Source of the DNA: an uncultured delta proteobacterium
GTDB taxonomy: Bacteria; Desulfobacterota; Binatia; Binatales; Binataceae
Assembly (NCBI GenBank): GCA_963724765.1
Contig: CAVRVY010000003.1
Span: 1,344,001 to 1,408,000, forward strand
Length of the DNA stretch: 64,000 nucleotides
Direction of reading: 5' to 3'
The notes under the pieces are model-generated. The model was not told where the DNA came from. It saw nothing but the letters and a program-made list of their open reading frames with translations, and did not search any database. Positions 9,839 through 18,883 of the stretch are shown here, piece by piece. Every line of letters starts with the position of its first letter. The stretch's first letter is position 1. The position numbers were made by a program, and so were the translations under genes.

Positions 9839-11119
9839 CTAAGGTGTCGGTATCGAGGGCCCGCCAATGGCCATCTTGCTCAGCATTTGATAAAAAACAT
9901 AAGGGCCAACTTTGACGTTGGAGTAGGGCACGTCGATGACGTCGTTGCCACGCACCGGAAGGTCCGCTTCCTGCCCGTGCTTGATCTTATCCAGGTCGAT
10001 TCTGAGCACCAGTTTGGAGCCGTCGCGGCGGGTCCGGATCAGATGCACCTCGGAGCTGTTGGCCGCAAACATTGGGCCGCCCGCCGCACCGATCGCTCCC
10101 AGCACCGTCAGTCCCGAACCAACCTGGAAGTGTCCCGGGTTTTGGACCCATCCGATCACCATAACGTCGCCGCCGCCAGGTACCACGATTACGTCACCGG
10201 GACGGACCGGCATATTGAGATAGGTGCCACCGCCGGTGAGCGCCGTGCTCTTGAGCCCGATGACCAGCGGATGCGAATTCTGCCGCAGTAGCGCACCTAA
10301 CTCGCCGCGTTTGAAGGCCGCCTCGCGCGCCGCCGAGGCGTCGGACGGGGGCACGCCATTGTGCAGCGCCGCTGCCGGGTCGGCTCCGTTGGCCGAGACC
10401 TCGGCGACGCGTCCGATCGCCTGTTGTTTGTTCTGCTCGGCTGGCATCAGGATAATTTCGTCGGCCGCGGTCGCGGTCAAGCCCCCTGCACGGGTCATCA
10501 TATCGAGTACAGTTTCATTGGGGCCGGTGAGAGTGACCAGGCCGGGACTGTTGACCATCCCGATAACTGCCACCTGGCGGCTGCGATATTCCTTTACGAA
10601 CACGTCAACCTCGGGGTTGTACATGTACTTCTTGAGCCGCTCGTTGATTTCGGCGCGCAACTGCTTCTCGGTCAGTCCCCCGGCCTGCAGCGTGCCGAGC
10701 ATCGGCAGCGACATGGAGCCGTCAGCTTCCACTCGCACGGTCCGCTCGCGTAGCTCATCGATAGGCGGCACCGAAACCTCGACGATATCGCCCGGACCGA
10801 TCGGGTAATCGGCCACGGTTTCGCCCTGAGTGCGGCTGCGATAGAGCGCGTCGAGCCGCGTGGTGTCCTGGGGAGTGTCGCCCCGCGAAGCCGCGGGTTG
10901 TGCGGAAACGGCGGCGGACTGCGGGTCATGCGCCGCAGGCGGCGTGCTCGCGTTGGCCTGCGCTGGCGGCGCATCCGCGCTCGCGTCACCGAAGTTCGGC
11001 TTGTCTGAAGTTGCGGTGGTGGATGAAGCCGAGGCGCTCTCAGAAACAGAACTGCTCTGCGCACAAGCCATCAAGGCACACACACAGAGCAGCGTCAGCA
11101 GATATTTTAAGGCGTTCAT
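9839..11119 (-). CDS. wza: Polysaccharide export lipoprotein with SLBB domains (Wza-like)
   Basis: Lipobox LMAC; DYPIGPGD...DGSMSLPMLG Poly_export motif; SLBB repeats. Start chosen at ATG 11119. Confidence 0.93.
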   Translation of the reverse strand: MNALKYLLTLLCVCALMACAQSSSVSESASASSTTATSDKPNFGDASADAPPAQANASTPPAAHDPQSAAVSAQPAASRGDTPQDTTRLDALYRSRTQGETVADYPIGPGDIVEVSVPPIDELRERTVRVEADGSMSLPMLGTLQAGGLTEKQLRAEINERLKKYMYNPEVDVFVKEYRSRQVAVIGMVNSPGLVTLTGPNETVLDMMTRAGGLTATAADEIILMPAEQNKQQAIGRVAEVSANGADPAAALHNGVPPSDASAAREAAFKRGELGALLRQNSHPLVIGLKSTALTGGGTYLNMPVRPGDVIVVPGGGDVMVIGWVQNPGHFQVGSGLTVLGAIGAAGGPMFAANSSEVHLIRTRRDGSKLVLRIDLDKIKHGQEADLPVRGNDVIDVPYSNVKVGPYVFYQMLSKMAIGGPSIPTP

Positions 11120-11168
11120 GTTTTCAGCGGGCCGCGCCGGATGAGCTCCGGCGCAGCCGCTGGGTAAT

Positions 11169-11684
11169 TTATTCGCTGGTCGACTTCGACGTTTTGTGAT
11201 TCTCGTGATCTCCGCCGCTGCCGAACCCAACTCCGAGTCCGATCGCGGTTCCCCCCAACACTACGGCTCCTGCGCCAACCCAAGGCGCCGGATCCCACAC
11301 TGCTGCTGCTGCGGCCGCTCCGCAAGTACTCCCCGGCTGCGCCGTGGCTACCGCGGGCGAGGTCGTCGAAACGCCCCAGTTGAGGCATATACCGTCGGGG
11401 CCGACATAGGAAGCAACGGTCTGGCCCTGAAACCCCGACGAACCCGGGTCAAGGGTAAAATTGTAATTGCCGGGTTGCAAGCCGGAAATATCGTACACGC
11501 CGCCGCTACCAAGGGCACTCTGGCCTACTATGTGACCGCTGGCGTCCTTTACCATGACCTGTATGCCGCTTACCGCTTGCCCTTGAGAACCTGCTACCGT
11601 GCCGCCCACCGATGCTGCCATGGCCGCCGCAGACAGACCACCAACAAACGCGAGCGCGAGTAACATCGAGCAGCTCTTTTTCAT
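11169..11684 (-). CDS. Small exported protein with a carboxypeptidase-regulatory-like beta-sandwich and a C-terminal Gly-rich hydrophobic segment
   Basis: Signal peptide MKKSCSMLLALAFVGGLSAAAMA; GVYDISGLQPGNYNFT motif; GAGGGG RBS upstream. Confidence 0.8.
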   Translation of the reverse strand: MKKSCSMLLALAFVGGLSAAAMAASVGGTVAGSQGQAVSGIQVMVKDASGHIVGQSALGSGGVYDISGLQPGNYNFTLDPGSSGFQGQTVASYVGPDGICLNWGVSTTSPAVATAQPGSTCGAAAAAAVWDPAPWVGAGAVVLGGTAIGLGVGFGSGGDHENHKTSKSTSE

Positions 11685-12232
11685 GATTCCCCCTCTAACC
11701 TATCTAACATGCGGATAAATTGTGCAGCGCACCGCTAGATAGCGGAATCGGCCGCTTACGATCGATCAAACGAACCTGTTCTTGATCCCCCGAACTTACG
11801 TTGCTTTCGACCGCCCCTTTTGCAGCTTACGAATATTAAGCGCGCTTGAACGGGCTGAATTTCGATCTGACCACGAGCCCGTCAACAAACGACTTCACAG
11901 AGCATACAGACGCGTTTTAAATGCGTCAATACTAACTAAAAGCTTTTTAAATCACTCAAATGTGAGGCTAAGGACTTGCTCCAATCATTTCCTCTACAAA
12001 AGCGTTGCTCTGCGCGAAATTCCAATTTTTCGCCGCGTCCTCATTATATAGGCAATCGCTTCGTTAGGGTCAAGCCTGCTCAGTTCAACATGATATCGCA
12101 ACTCTAGAGCTTTTCTAAGTAAGTCTTCATACACGCCGCGACCTACGCTCGCCGTTCGCGACATAAGTCGGGCTCTGAGTCGCTCCCGAACTCAATTCGA
12201 CGCGGTTACGCAGCCGACTGACCGCTTTGCTT

Positions 12233-14059
12233 TTAGAGGGAGGATTGCGTTTTAAATGCTGTCGCGAGGGCGGGAAGCATTATCGACCAGTCTGCAGCCA
12301 GTCCCAGAGTCGCGAACTCGAAAATCGGAGCCTCTGCATCGTTGTTAATCGCGACTATGACTTCAGCGCGCTTGATTCCCACGGTATGGTTAGGCGCGCC
12401 GCGCACGCCGATCGCAAAGTACAGCCGCGGATCGATCGACTTGCCGGTCAGCCCGACCTGCAACTGCCGCGGCATCCATCCCTGGTCCGTCACGCGCCGC
12501 GTGGCACACATCCCGGCGCCGAGCACCCGTGCGAAATCCTTGGCCGCCGCGACCCCCTCGGGTCCGCCCACGCCCATGCCGACGCCGACCATCACGTGCG
12601 CGCCGTCCATCGGCGCGATCGAAAGGTCGAGCAGCGAATGCATCGCGATCATCCGGCCGAGCGCCGGCGCGAGCCGCGGCCGCACCGTCTCGACCGCCGC
12701 CTCGCGTGCGCTATTGGGCGCGGCAAGTTCCAGCACCCCGGCCCGCACAGTAGCCATCTGCGGAAATGTCTTTGACAAAATTGGCGCCACGATGTTGCCA
12801 CCGAAGGCCGGCTTGAGCGCGACCATCCGCCCTTCGCCGTCGAGCTCGATGCCGATCGCATCGCCGGTGAGCCCCAGGCCCAAGCGCGCCGCCAGCCGCG
12901 GGCCCCAGTCGCGCCCGCGCTCGCTCGCGTTGAGCAACACGCCCCACGGCGTCCGCTCGCGCACCAGGTGCGCCATCGCCTCGGCCGCAGCCTCAGGCGT
13001 GTACGACTCCAGTGCTGGATGGTCGAACACCACGACGTGGTCGGCACCATAGCCCGCGAGCAACTCCGCATGACGCGCGATCGCCGCGGGAAAACCCACC
13101 GCGACGAGCGCGCCGCCGAGCCGGGCCACCAGTTCATCGCCGTGCGAGAGCAGCTCCAGGCTGCCACGCGTAACTGCGCCCTCCAGATTGGTTTCGCATG
13201 CCACCCACAAATCACGCCCGCGCGCCGGCTTGCGTATCGTCGCGCTGACCGCACGGCGCGCCTTGTCCTCGCGCTTGAGCGCGCCCATCGCGTTTAGCAA
13301 CGCGATCACCTCGCGCGCCGCGCTCTCGGGGTTGCCAGCGTCGATCATACGGCACTTGGGATGCCTGCTCTGGACCGCGCGCACTTCCCGTACCCAGGTC
13401 GGCGAGCCCGCCGCGCCGAATTGCGCCGGGTCGGAGTCGAGCGCGGACGCGCGCACCGTTTCAATCGGACGCCCGCTTGCCTGCTCGGCGGCTTCGGGCT
13501 TGACCCTGATGGGCTGCGCGACGCGCTCGGCGCAGGTCAACACCGCAGGCATCGCGCACTCGACTTCGTCGTAACCCTCGTCGCTTTCGCGCTCGGCGGC
13601 GACAGTGCCTTCCTTTAGCTGGACCTTGCGCACGCCGGTTATCTGAGCGACGCCGAGCAGTTCGGCTATCTCCGGACCGACCTGCCCGGTCTCGGCGTCG
13701 AGCGAGAACTTGCCGAGCATGATGAGGTCGAATTTTTCAGGCTTGAGCCATTTGGCGAGCGTGCGCGCGGTGGCCAGCGTGTCGGAGCCGGCGAACGCGC
13801 GATCTTCGAGATGGACCGCGCGGTCCATGCCCATCGCCAGCGCGTCGGTCAGCGCTGCGCGCGCCTGCGGCGGCCCCATCGTGACCGCCGTGGCGTGTGC
13901 GCCGTGGCTCTGCTTGAATTCCATCGCGAGCGAGATCGCCCGCAGATCGAACGCACTTATCACGTTGGTGCCGTCGCGCCGGATGGTCTTGGTGACCGGG
14001 TCGAAGTTGGCATCCTCGACCAGCGGAATCTGCTTGATACAGACGGCGATCCTGAGCAC
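12233..14059 (-). CDS. Electron transfer flavoprotein beta/alpha fusion protein
   Basis: Beta half: IAVCIKQIP, AGSDTLATA, DAETGQVG. Alpha half: GLTGDAI, PAFGGN, QVGLTGK, GAPNHTVG, AINNDAEAPIF. Confidence 0.93.
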   Translation of the reverse strand: MLRIAVCIKQIPLVEDANFDPVTKTIRRDGTNVISAFDLRAISLAMEFKQSHGAHATAVTMGPPQARAALTDALAMGMDRAVHLEDRAFAGSDTLATARTLAKWLKPEKFDLIMLGKFSLDAETGQVGPEIAELLGVAQITGVRKVQLKEGTVAAERESDEGYDEVECAMPAVLTCAERVAQPIRVKPEAAEQASGRPIETVRASALDSDPAQFGAAGSPTWVREVRAVQSRHPKCRMIDAGNPESAAREVIALLNAMGALKREDKARRAVSATIRKPARGRDLWVACETNLEGAVTRGSLELLSHGDELVARLGGALVAVGFPAAIARHAELLAGYGADHVVVFDHPALESYTPEAAAEAMAHLVRERTPWGVLLNASERGRDWGPRLAARLGLGLTGDAIGIELDGEGRMVALKPAFGGNIVAPILSKTFPQMATVRAGVLELAAPNSAREAAVETVRPRLAPALGRMIAMHSLLDLSIAPMDGAHVMVGVGMGVGGPEGVAAAKDFARVLGAGMCATRRVTDQGWMPRQLQVGLTGKSIDPRLYFAIGVRGAPNHTVGIKRAEVIVAINNDAEAPIFEFATLGLAADWSIMLPALATAFKTQSSL

Positions 14060-14210
14060 GGTGTTGGATACTCCCTGCTATTGCGCAATCGGAGGCGGTT
14101 GGCGATTAGCGTCCGAGCGTAACCGAGCCGGGCGCGCCGATGCAAGGCAAGCTGTGCCGGGGGCGCACGCGCCGCTTACGGTGGCGCCCACGATCGGGTA
14201 ATTTCGCAGG

Positions 14211-15173
14211 GTGCAAGACCTCGCTCAAAACTTCGCCCAAAACTTCGCGGAAGACTTGATCGAAGACTTCGCCCCGCGTGTCACCCGATTACTTGCGTGG
14301 CCGCTTGCCGTGCTGCTCGCAGTCGTGCTCTCGACTGGCGTCGCCGCTGCCGCGCCGCCGCCGATGCGCATCGTGTCGCTCGCGCCTGGGGTCACCGAAA
14401 CACTTTTCGCGCTGGGCGAGGGCGGCGCGGTGGTCGGTGTCTCGCAATATTGCGACTATCCGCCGGCCGCGACACGTTTACCCAAGGTCGGCACCTTTCT
14501 CACGCCCAACGTCGAGGCGATCGCGGCGCTGCGTCCCGATCTGATCATCGGGCCGCGACTCTCCTCGAGCCGGCGCGAGGTCCGCACGCTTGCGGCGATG
14601 GGCTATCCAACCATGACCGTGGACGACAACACGCTCGTCGGCATCGAGCAGAGCATCGCGCTCATCGGTGCGCGCACTGGAGAGCAAGCGGCGGCGCGCC
14701 GCCTGCTCGGCGCAATCCGGGCTCATATTGAGGCGGTCCACGTGCGTCTTGAACGGAGCAGGCCGCGTACAGTCGTGATGCTGGTGGGGCATCAGCCGAT
14801 GGTCGCGGTCGGTCGCGGCACTTTTCTCGACGACCTGCTTAGTCTGGCTGGCGGCGACAACATCGCCGACCTCTCGGCGCAGAATTGGCCGCGGCTCAGC
14901 ATCGAGTACATCATCGCGATGCGGCCCGAAGTGATCCTCGACGGTGCGATGGGCACCGACGCGAACACGCCGCCTGCTTTCTGGACGCGCTTCCCGACTA
15001 TCCCGGCCGTCCGCGACCATCGCGTTTTCGGCTATGCGCAGGATCCGGTGCTTCATCCGGGGCCGCGCGTGTGGCAGTCGCTGGAGATTCTGGCCCGGCT
15101 GATTCATCCGGAGGCTTTCGCGCCATCCGATACGCAGGGCGCCATGCGATCCACGCAGGGCACTACGCGATGA
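14211..15173 (+). CDS. Cobalamin/iron-chelate ABC transporter substrate-binding protein (BtuF-like)
   Basis: RIVSLAPGVTETLFALG, VGVSQYCDYP, HPGPR; signal-peptide-like segment. Confidence 0.9.
   Translation: MQDLAQNFAQNFAEDLIEDFAPRVTRLLAWPLAVLLAVVLSTGVAAAAPPPMRIVSLAPGVTETLFALGEGGAVVGVSQYCDYPPAATRLPKVGTFLTPNVEAIAALRPDLIIGPRLSSSRREVRTLAAMGYPTMTVDDNTLVGIEQSIALIGARTGEQAAARRLLGAIRAHIEAVHVRLERSRPRTVVMLVGHQPMVAVGRGTFLDDLLSLAGGDNIADLSAQNWPRLSIEYIIAMRPEVILDGAMGTDANTPPAFWTRFPTIPAVRDHRVFGYAQDPVLHPGPRVWQSLEILARLIHPEAFAPSDTQGAMRSTQGTTR
14214..14273 (+). repeat. Five imperfect 12-bp tandem repeats encoding QDLA-QNFA-QNFA-EDLI-EDFA
   Basis: caagacctcgct caaaacttcgcc caaaacttcgcg gaagacttgatc gaagacttcgcc. 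Confidence 0.8.
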
Positions 15174-16267
15174 AAGCTCCGGCCGGAATTCCCGCGCAGC
15201 CCGTCGCCGCAAGCGGCTGTGACGCGGAGCCATCGTTGGCCATCCTCGAGGATTTCTCCGGCGCGCACCTGACGCGCTCGCGGATGGCGCTGACGCTCGG
15301 CGCGCTTTCGCTCCTGGTGTTGCTGAGCGCGATCGTCGCGGCCGCCTTCGGCAGCGTCCATATCAGCCTGGTGCGCGCGCTCGCCGAGCCGCACAGTCCC
15401 GACCATGCGATCTTCTTCAGCGCGCGCCTGCCGCGCGTGCTGATGGGCGCGGCGGTCGGCGCGGCGCTCGCGGCGGTCGGCGCGGCGCTGCAGGCACTGG
15501 TGCGCAATCCGCTCGCCGAGGGCGGCATCCTGGGTATCTCGGGCGGCGGCGCGTTCGGCGCGATCATCGCGCTGGTGTTTGTCGCCGGCCGCGCGAGCGC
15601 GGTGGCGACGGTGCCGCTATGCGCCTTTGGCGCGGCGCTGCTCTCCACCGTCGTGGTCTACCGCCTCGCGGTGGTCGACGGGCGACTCGAGCCGTTCACG
15701 CTGCTGCTGGTCGGCGTGATCTTCAACTCGATCTGGGGCGCCGCGATCATGCTGGTCAACAGCGTAGTCAACTACTACTACGTCCACGACATCGTGTTCT
15801 GGCTGATGGGCAGCCTGGAGGCGCCGACTTACGGCGAGGTCGCGATGGTAAGCGTGCTGGGTGTCGCGGGGTTGGCGGTGCTGATGGCGCATGCGCGCGA
15901 CCTCAACCTGTTGAGCCTCGGTGACGAGACCGCGGGCGAACTTGGCGTGGATGTCGATCCGATGCGCCGGCGCATCTTCGTCGCAACCTCGGTGATGATC
16001 GCGGCGGCGGTGTCGGTCAGCGGCATCATCTCGTTCGTCGGACTGATCGTGCCGCACGTGTTGCGGCTGGCCTTCGGCGCCGACCATCGTCTGCTGTTAC
16101 CGGCGTCGTTTCTGGGCGGCGCGGCGTTCCTGGTGCTCGCCGACCTGCTCGCGCGAGTCGCAATCTCGCCCACTGAATTGCCGGTCGGAGCAATAACCGC
16201 GCTCTGCGGCGGTCCGTTTTTCATTTATATGCTGCGCCGCGAGGGACGCGGTCCGCTCGCTCTATAA
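15170..16267 (+). CDS. FecCD/BtuC family ABC permease
   Basis: RLPRVL, QALVRNPLAE, SGIISFVGLIVPH, ELPVGAITA; ATGA overlap with the upstream gene at 15170-15173. Confidence 0.93.
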   Translation: MKAPAGIPAQPVAASGCDAEPSLAILEDFSGAHLTRSRMALTLGALSLLVLLSAIVAAAFGSVHISLVRALAEPHSPDHAIFFSARLPRVLMGAAVGAALAAVGAALQALVRNPLAEGGILGISGGGAFGAIIALVFVAGRASAVATVPLCAFGAALLSTVVVYRLAVVDGRLEPFTLLLVGVIFNSIWGAAIMLVNSVVNYYYVHDIVFWLMGSLEAPTYGEVAMVSVLGVAGLAVLMAHARDLNLLSLGDETAGELGVDVDPMRRRIFVATSVMIAAAVSVSGIISFVGLIVPHVLRLAFGADHRLLLPASFLGGAAFLVLADLLARVAISPTELPVGAITALCGGPFFIYMLRREGRGPLAL

Positions 16268-16276
16268 GCCGCGCCT

Positions 16277-17176
16277 TTGCCGACGATTGTGCCCGATGGT
16301 ACCCCCATTGTACCGATGACCAGCGTTCAAGATTCACCCCGAACCGCGCCGCACACCCCGGCCGCCGCCGCACCCGGCGCGCCGGCGCTTCGCGCCTCGC
16401 ACCTGGTCGGCGGCTATGGCGAACGCGCCGTGCTGCATGGAGTGTCGCTGGAGGTCGAGCCGGGCGAGATGCTGGCGATCGTCGGACCCAACGGCGCCGG
16501 CAAATCGACGCTGCTGCGGTTGTTGGGCGGCTCACTCGATCCGTGGCAGGGCACGGTCGAGTTGCTCGGTGCGCCGCTTGCCTCCTTCGAGCGGCGCGCG
16601 TTGGCGCGCCGCCTCGCCTTCGTTGGGCAGGAGAATTCGGTCGCCTTCTCGTTCACCGTGCTCGAGGTCGTCTTGATGGGCCGCGCGCCGCATTTCGGAT
16701 CGTTTCACTTCGAAAGCCGTGGCGACCTGATGCTCGCGCGCGAGGCTCTTCAGCGTTTCGATCTGCTGCCGCTCGCCACCCGCCCAATCCAGGAACTATC
16801 CGGCGGCGAGCGCAAGCGGGTGTTCCTCGCGCGCGCGCTCGCGCAGGAGCCGCGCGTGGCGCTGCTCGACGAGCCCACCGCCCATTTGGATTTGCGTCAC
16901 GTGGCGGAGATCTTCGCGCGCTTCGGCGAACTGCGGGCGGAGCGCGGCCTGGCCGTGGTCGCGACGCTGCACGACCTCAACGCGGCTGCGCTCTATGCCG
17001 ATCGCGTGTTGCTGCTGAAGGACGGCATAGCGATGGGCTGGGGCGCGCCGCATGAAGTCTTGACCGCAGACAAACTGCGCGAGGTCTACGAGACCGAGGT
17101 CTACGTCGGACGCAACCCGGCCACCGGCGCGATCGCCGTGCTGCCCGGCGCGAGCGCCGCGCCGCCGCGCCGATGA
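16277..17176 (+). CDS. ABC transporter ATP-binding protein (BtuD/HmuV/FecE-like)
   Basis: Walker A GPNGAGKST, signature LSGGE, Walker B LLDEPT, H-loop LHDLN. Start uncertain (16277 or 16316). Confidence 0.93.
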   Translation: MPTIVPDGTPIVPMTSVQDSPRTAPHTPAAAAPGAPALRASHLVGGYGERAVLHGVSLEVEPGEMLAIVGPNGAGKSTLLRLLGGSLDPWQGTVELLGAPLASFERRALARRLAFVGQENSVAFSFTVLEVVLMGRAPHFGSFHFESRGDLMLAREALQRFDLLPLATRPIQELSGGERKRVFLARALAQEPRVALLDEPTAHLDLRHVAEIFARFGELRAERGLAVVATLHDLNAAALYADRVLLLKDGIAMGWGAPHEVLTADKLREVYETEVYVGRNPATGAIAVLPGASAAPPRR

Positions 17177-17207
17177 GTAGGCCAACCTCATCTCTTCTCT
17201 TAGGTCA

Positions 17208-17516
17208 ATGGAAACAATGAGACGTTGTTGTGCAGCGATTCTTCTTGTCGGCTGGTGCCTGATCGCTCCGCCGATGTACGAAAACTACAACTCCAAGCAC
17301 AAGCTTCTCTCGACGCGCGCCTACGTCAATGCGCCGCTCCCGGCGTGGACCAACTTCGGCACTTATCCGACTCGCGAAAAGTGCGAAGCGCAGAGACACA
17401 ACAATTTTGATGACGCGGTCAAGGCGGGTCCGGGCACGGACGCGCGAAGCAAGGCGCTATGGGAAAGCTCGCGCAACGCGATGTGCGTGTCGGCGGCCGA
17501 TCCGCGCCTCAAGTAG
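17208..17516 (+). CDS. Small secreted Cys-containing hypothetical protein
   Basis: Hydrophobic N-terminus (AAILLVGWCLIAPP), two Cys in the mature part, C-terminus CVSAADPRLK. Confidence 0.7.
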   Translation: METMRRCCAAILLVGWCLIAPPMYENYNSKHKLLSTRAYVNAPLPAWTNFGTYPTREKCEAQRHNNFDDAVKAGPGTDARSKALWESSRNAMCVSAADPRLK

Positions 17517-17542
17517 TGAGCGTCGTTATGTAAATGACGCTC

Positions 17543-18679
17543 CTACTTCGATCGCGAGGGCAGACGCACGACACCCTTCGCGCGCACTGACAATTCACCG
17601 TCCTGGTTGGTCGCGGTCTGCGCGATCTCAGCGTAGTGCGCGGCGTCTTCGGAGAAAACGCGCGTCACCTCGCCGTTGATGTAGAGCGTATCGCCAACCG
17701 GATTGTGGCGGCGTATCTCGACTGACAGATGGCGCAGAAACCCGGCGTCGCCCATCCAGTTGGTCAACTGATGCGACATCCAGGAGCATCGTTCCGGCCC
17801 GTAGTCGTATGCCGCCGGCGTTCCGACCAGCGTTGCGAGGTCGTCCTCCCAGTGCACGCGTTCGGGGACGTCGGGGATGCCGAACTTGTTGGGGATGCCC
17901 ACGCCGGGATGCTTGCGCAGTTGTTTCCACGCGAGCTTGTTGGCGCGGATGTAGAGCCCGCCCCATCCCTGTGCGAACGCGATAAAGCCGGTGACCGTCA
18001 TCGGCCCCTTCGCCATCGTCTGGAGTTTGTCGGCCGCCTTCACGTCTTCGATATAACGCGGATTGGCGCCGCGGATTTCCTCGGCTTCGTAGAGCGCGAA
18101 AATTTTCGTCAGATCGTCGCGCGAGTAATGGACCGGTTCCTTCTTTTTGACCTCGTCGTACTTGGTGCCGCGCTCGCGCGCGGTGTCGCGCTCGGTGCGA
18201 AAGCACCAGCTATCGCCCTCCGCGACCATCTCGCCGCGTTGATTGTAAAACTCGCAGCGATAGATCTGCTGGATCGCGCGGCCGGCGAAACGGGTCTGAT
18301 GCTCGACCAGTTCCTTGAGCCACGCCTTGGTCGTGAACTGGTCACCGAGCAGCATCGGGCGATGCCATACGGTGTCGATGCCGGCGAACATCGCATGCAC
18401 GCCCGGCAGGCCGCCCACGTAGCCGCTGAACGAGCGGTTGAGCGCGAAAATAAACGAGGGCGGCGCTGCGGCGCGTCCGTGCGCCTTCGCCGCGTAGTCC
18501 GGCTCGCACCACAGCGGATTGTCGTCGCCGATGCCGTGGGCCCAGTGGCGGATGTTGTCGCGCGACGCTTCGTAGCACCACGGCTCGAGCGAATCCTCGA
18601 TTGGCACGCCGAGGAGTTTGCGCAGGTCGGCGAGGCTCTTGTCGGTGATCAGCGAAAATCGCTGCTGGGGTTCCGCCAT
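17543..18679 (-). CDS. Double hot-dog (MaoC/FAS1-like) acyl dehydratase
   Basis: DNIRHWAHGIGDDNPLW in domain 1; VHW...YDYG and NWMGDAGFL in domain 2; GAGGAG RBS. Confidence 0.88.
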   Translation of the reverse strand: MAEPQQRFSLITDKSLADLRKLLGVPIEDSLEPWCYEASRDNIRHWAHGIGDDNPLWCEPDYAAKAHGRAAAPPSFIFALNRSFSGYVGGLPGVHAMFAGIDTVWHRPMLLGDQFTTKAWLKELVEHQTRFAGRAIQQIYRCEFYNQRGEMVAEGDSWCFRTERDTARERGTKYDEVKKKEPVHYSRDDLTKIFALYEAEEIRGANPRYIEDVKAADKLQTMAKGPMTVTGFIAFAQGWGGLYIRANKLAWKQLRKHPGVGIPNKFGIPDVPERVHWEDDLATLVGTPAAYDYGPERCSWMSHQLTNWMGDAGFLRHLSVEIRRHNPVGDTLYINGEVTRVFSEDAAHYAEIAQTATNQDGELSVRAKGVVRLPSRSK

Positions 18680-18743
18680 GAATGAATCACTCCTCTTATC
18701 GTTATCGCTCTGACATCTTCGCTGATCTTCGTGCGATTGCTCA

Positions 18744-18866
18744 AACGTCTCTCACGCCGGCTCGCAAACTGCGACGCCGTTTAACTCGGGCGGCCACTTT
18801 GCCCCGATGGCAGAGCCCGCTAAGCTGATCGAGGATATCCGCGCGTTTTTCCGTCTGCTGCGCTAG
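18744..18866 (+). pseudogene. C-terminal remnant of an epoxide-hydrolase-like alpha/beta hydrolase
   Basis: Manual translation NVSHAGSQTATPFNSGGHFAPMAEPAKLIEDIRAFFRLLR*; in-frame TGA at 18723 upstream and no start codon. Confidence 0.7.
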
Positions 18867-18883
18867 ACGCGCGCGTTTGCCAA

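Noticed and set aside
14060-14210. Expected cobalamin riboswitch upstream of the BtuF-like gene
   Set aside because: No B12-box or GGGAA/GCCACTG elements found in this short intergenic region.
14885-15169. N-terminal extensions in the ORF track (permease from 14885; likewise sixA from 56834, pyrD from 40986, dppB from 47460)
   Set aside because: They overlap neighbouring real genes; downstream starts with coupled stop/start junctions fit better.
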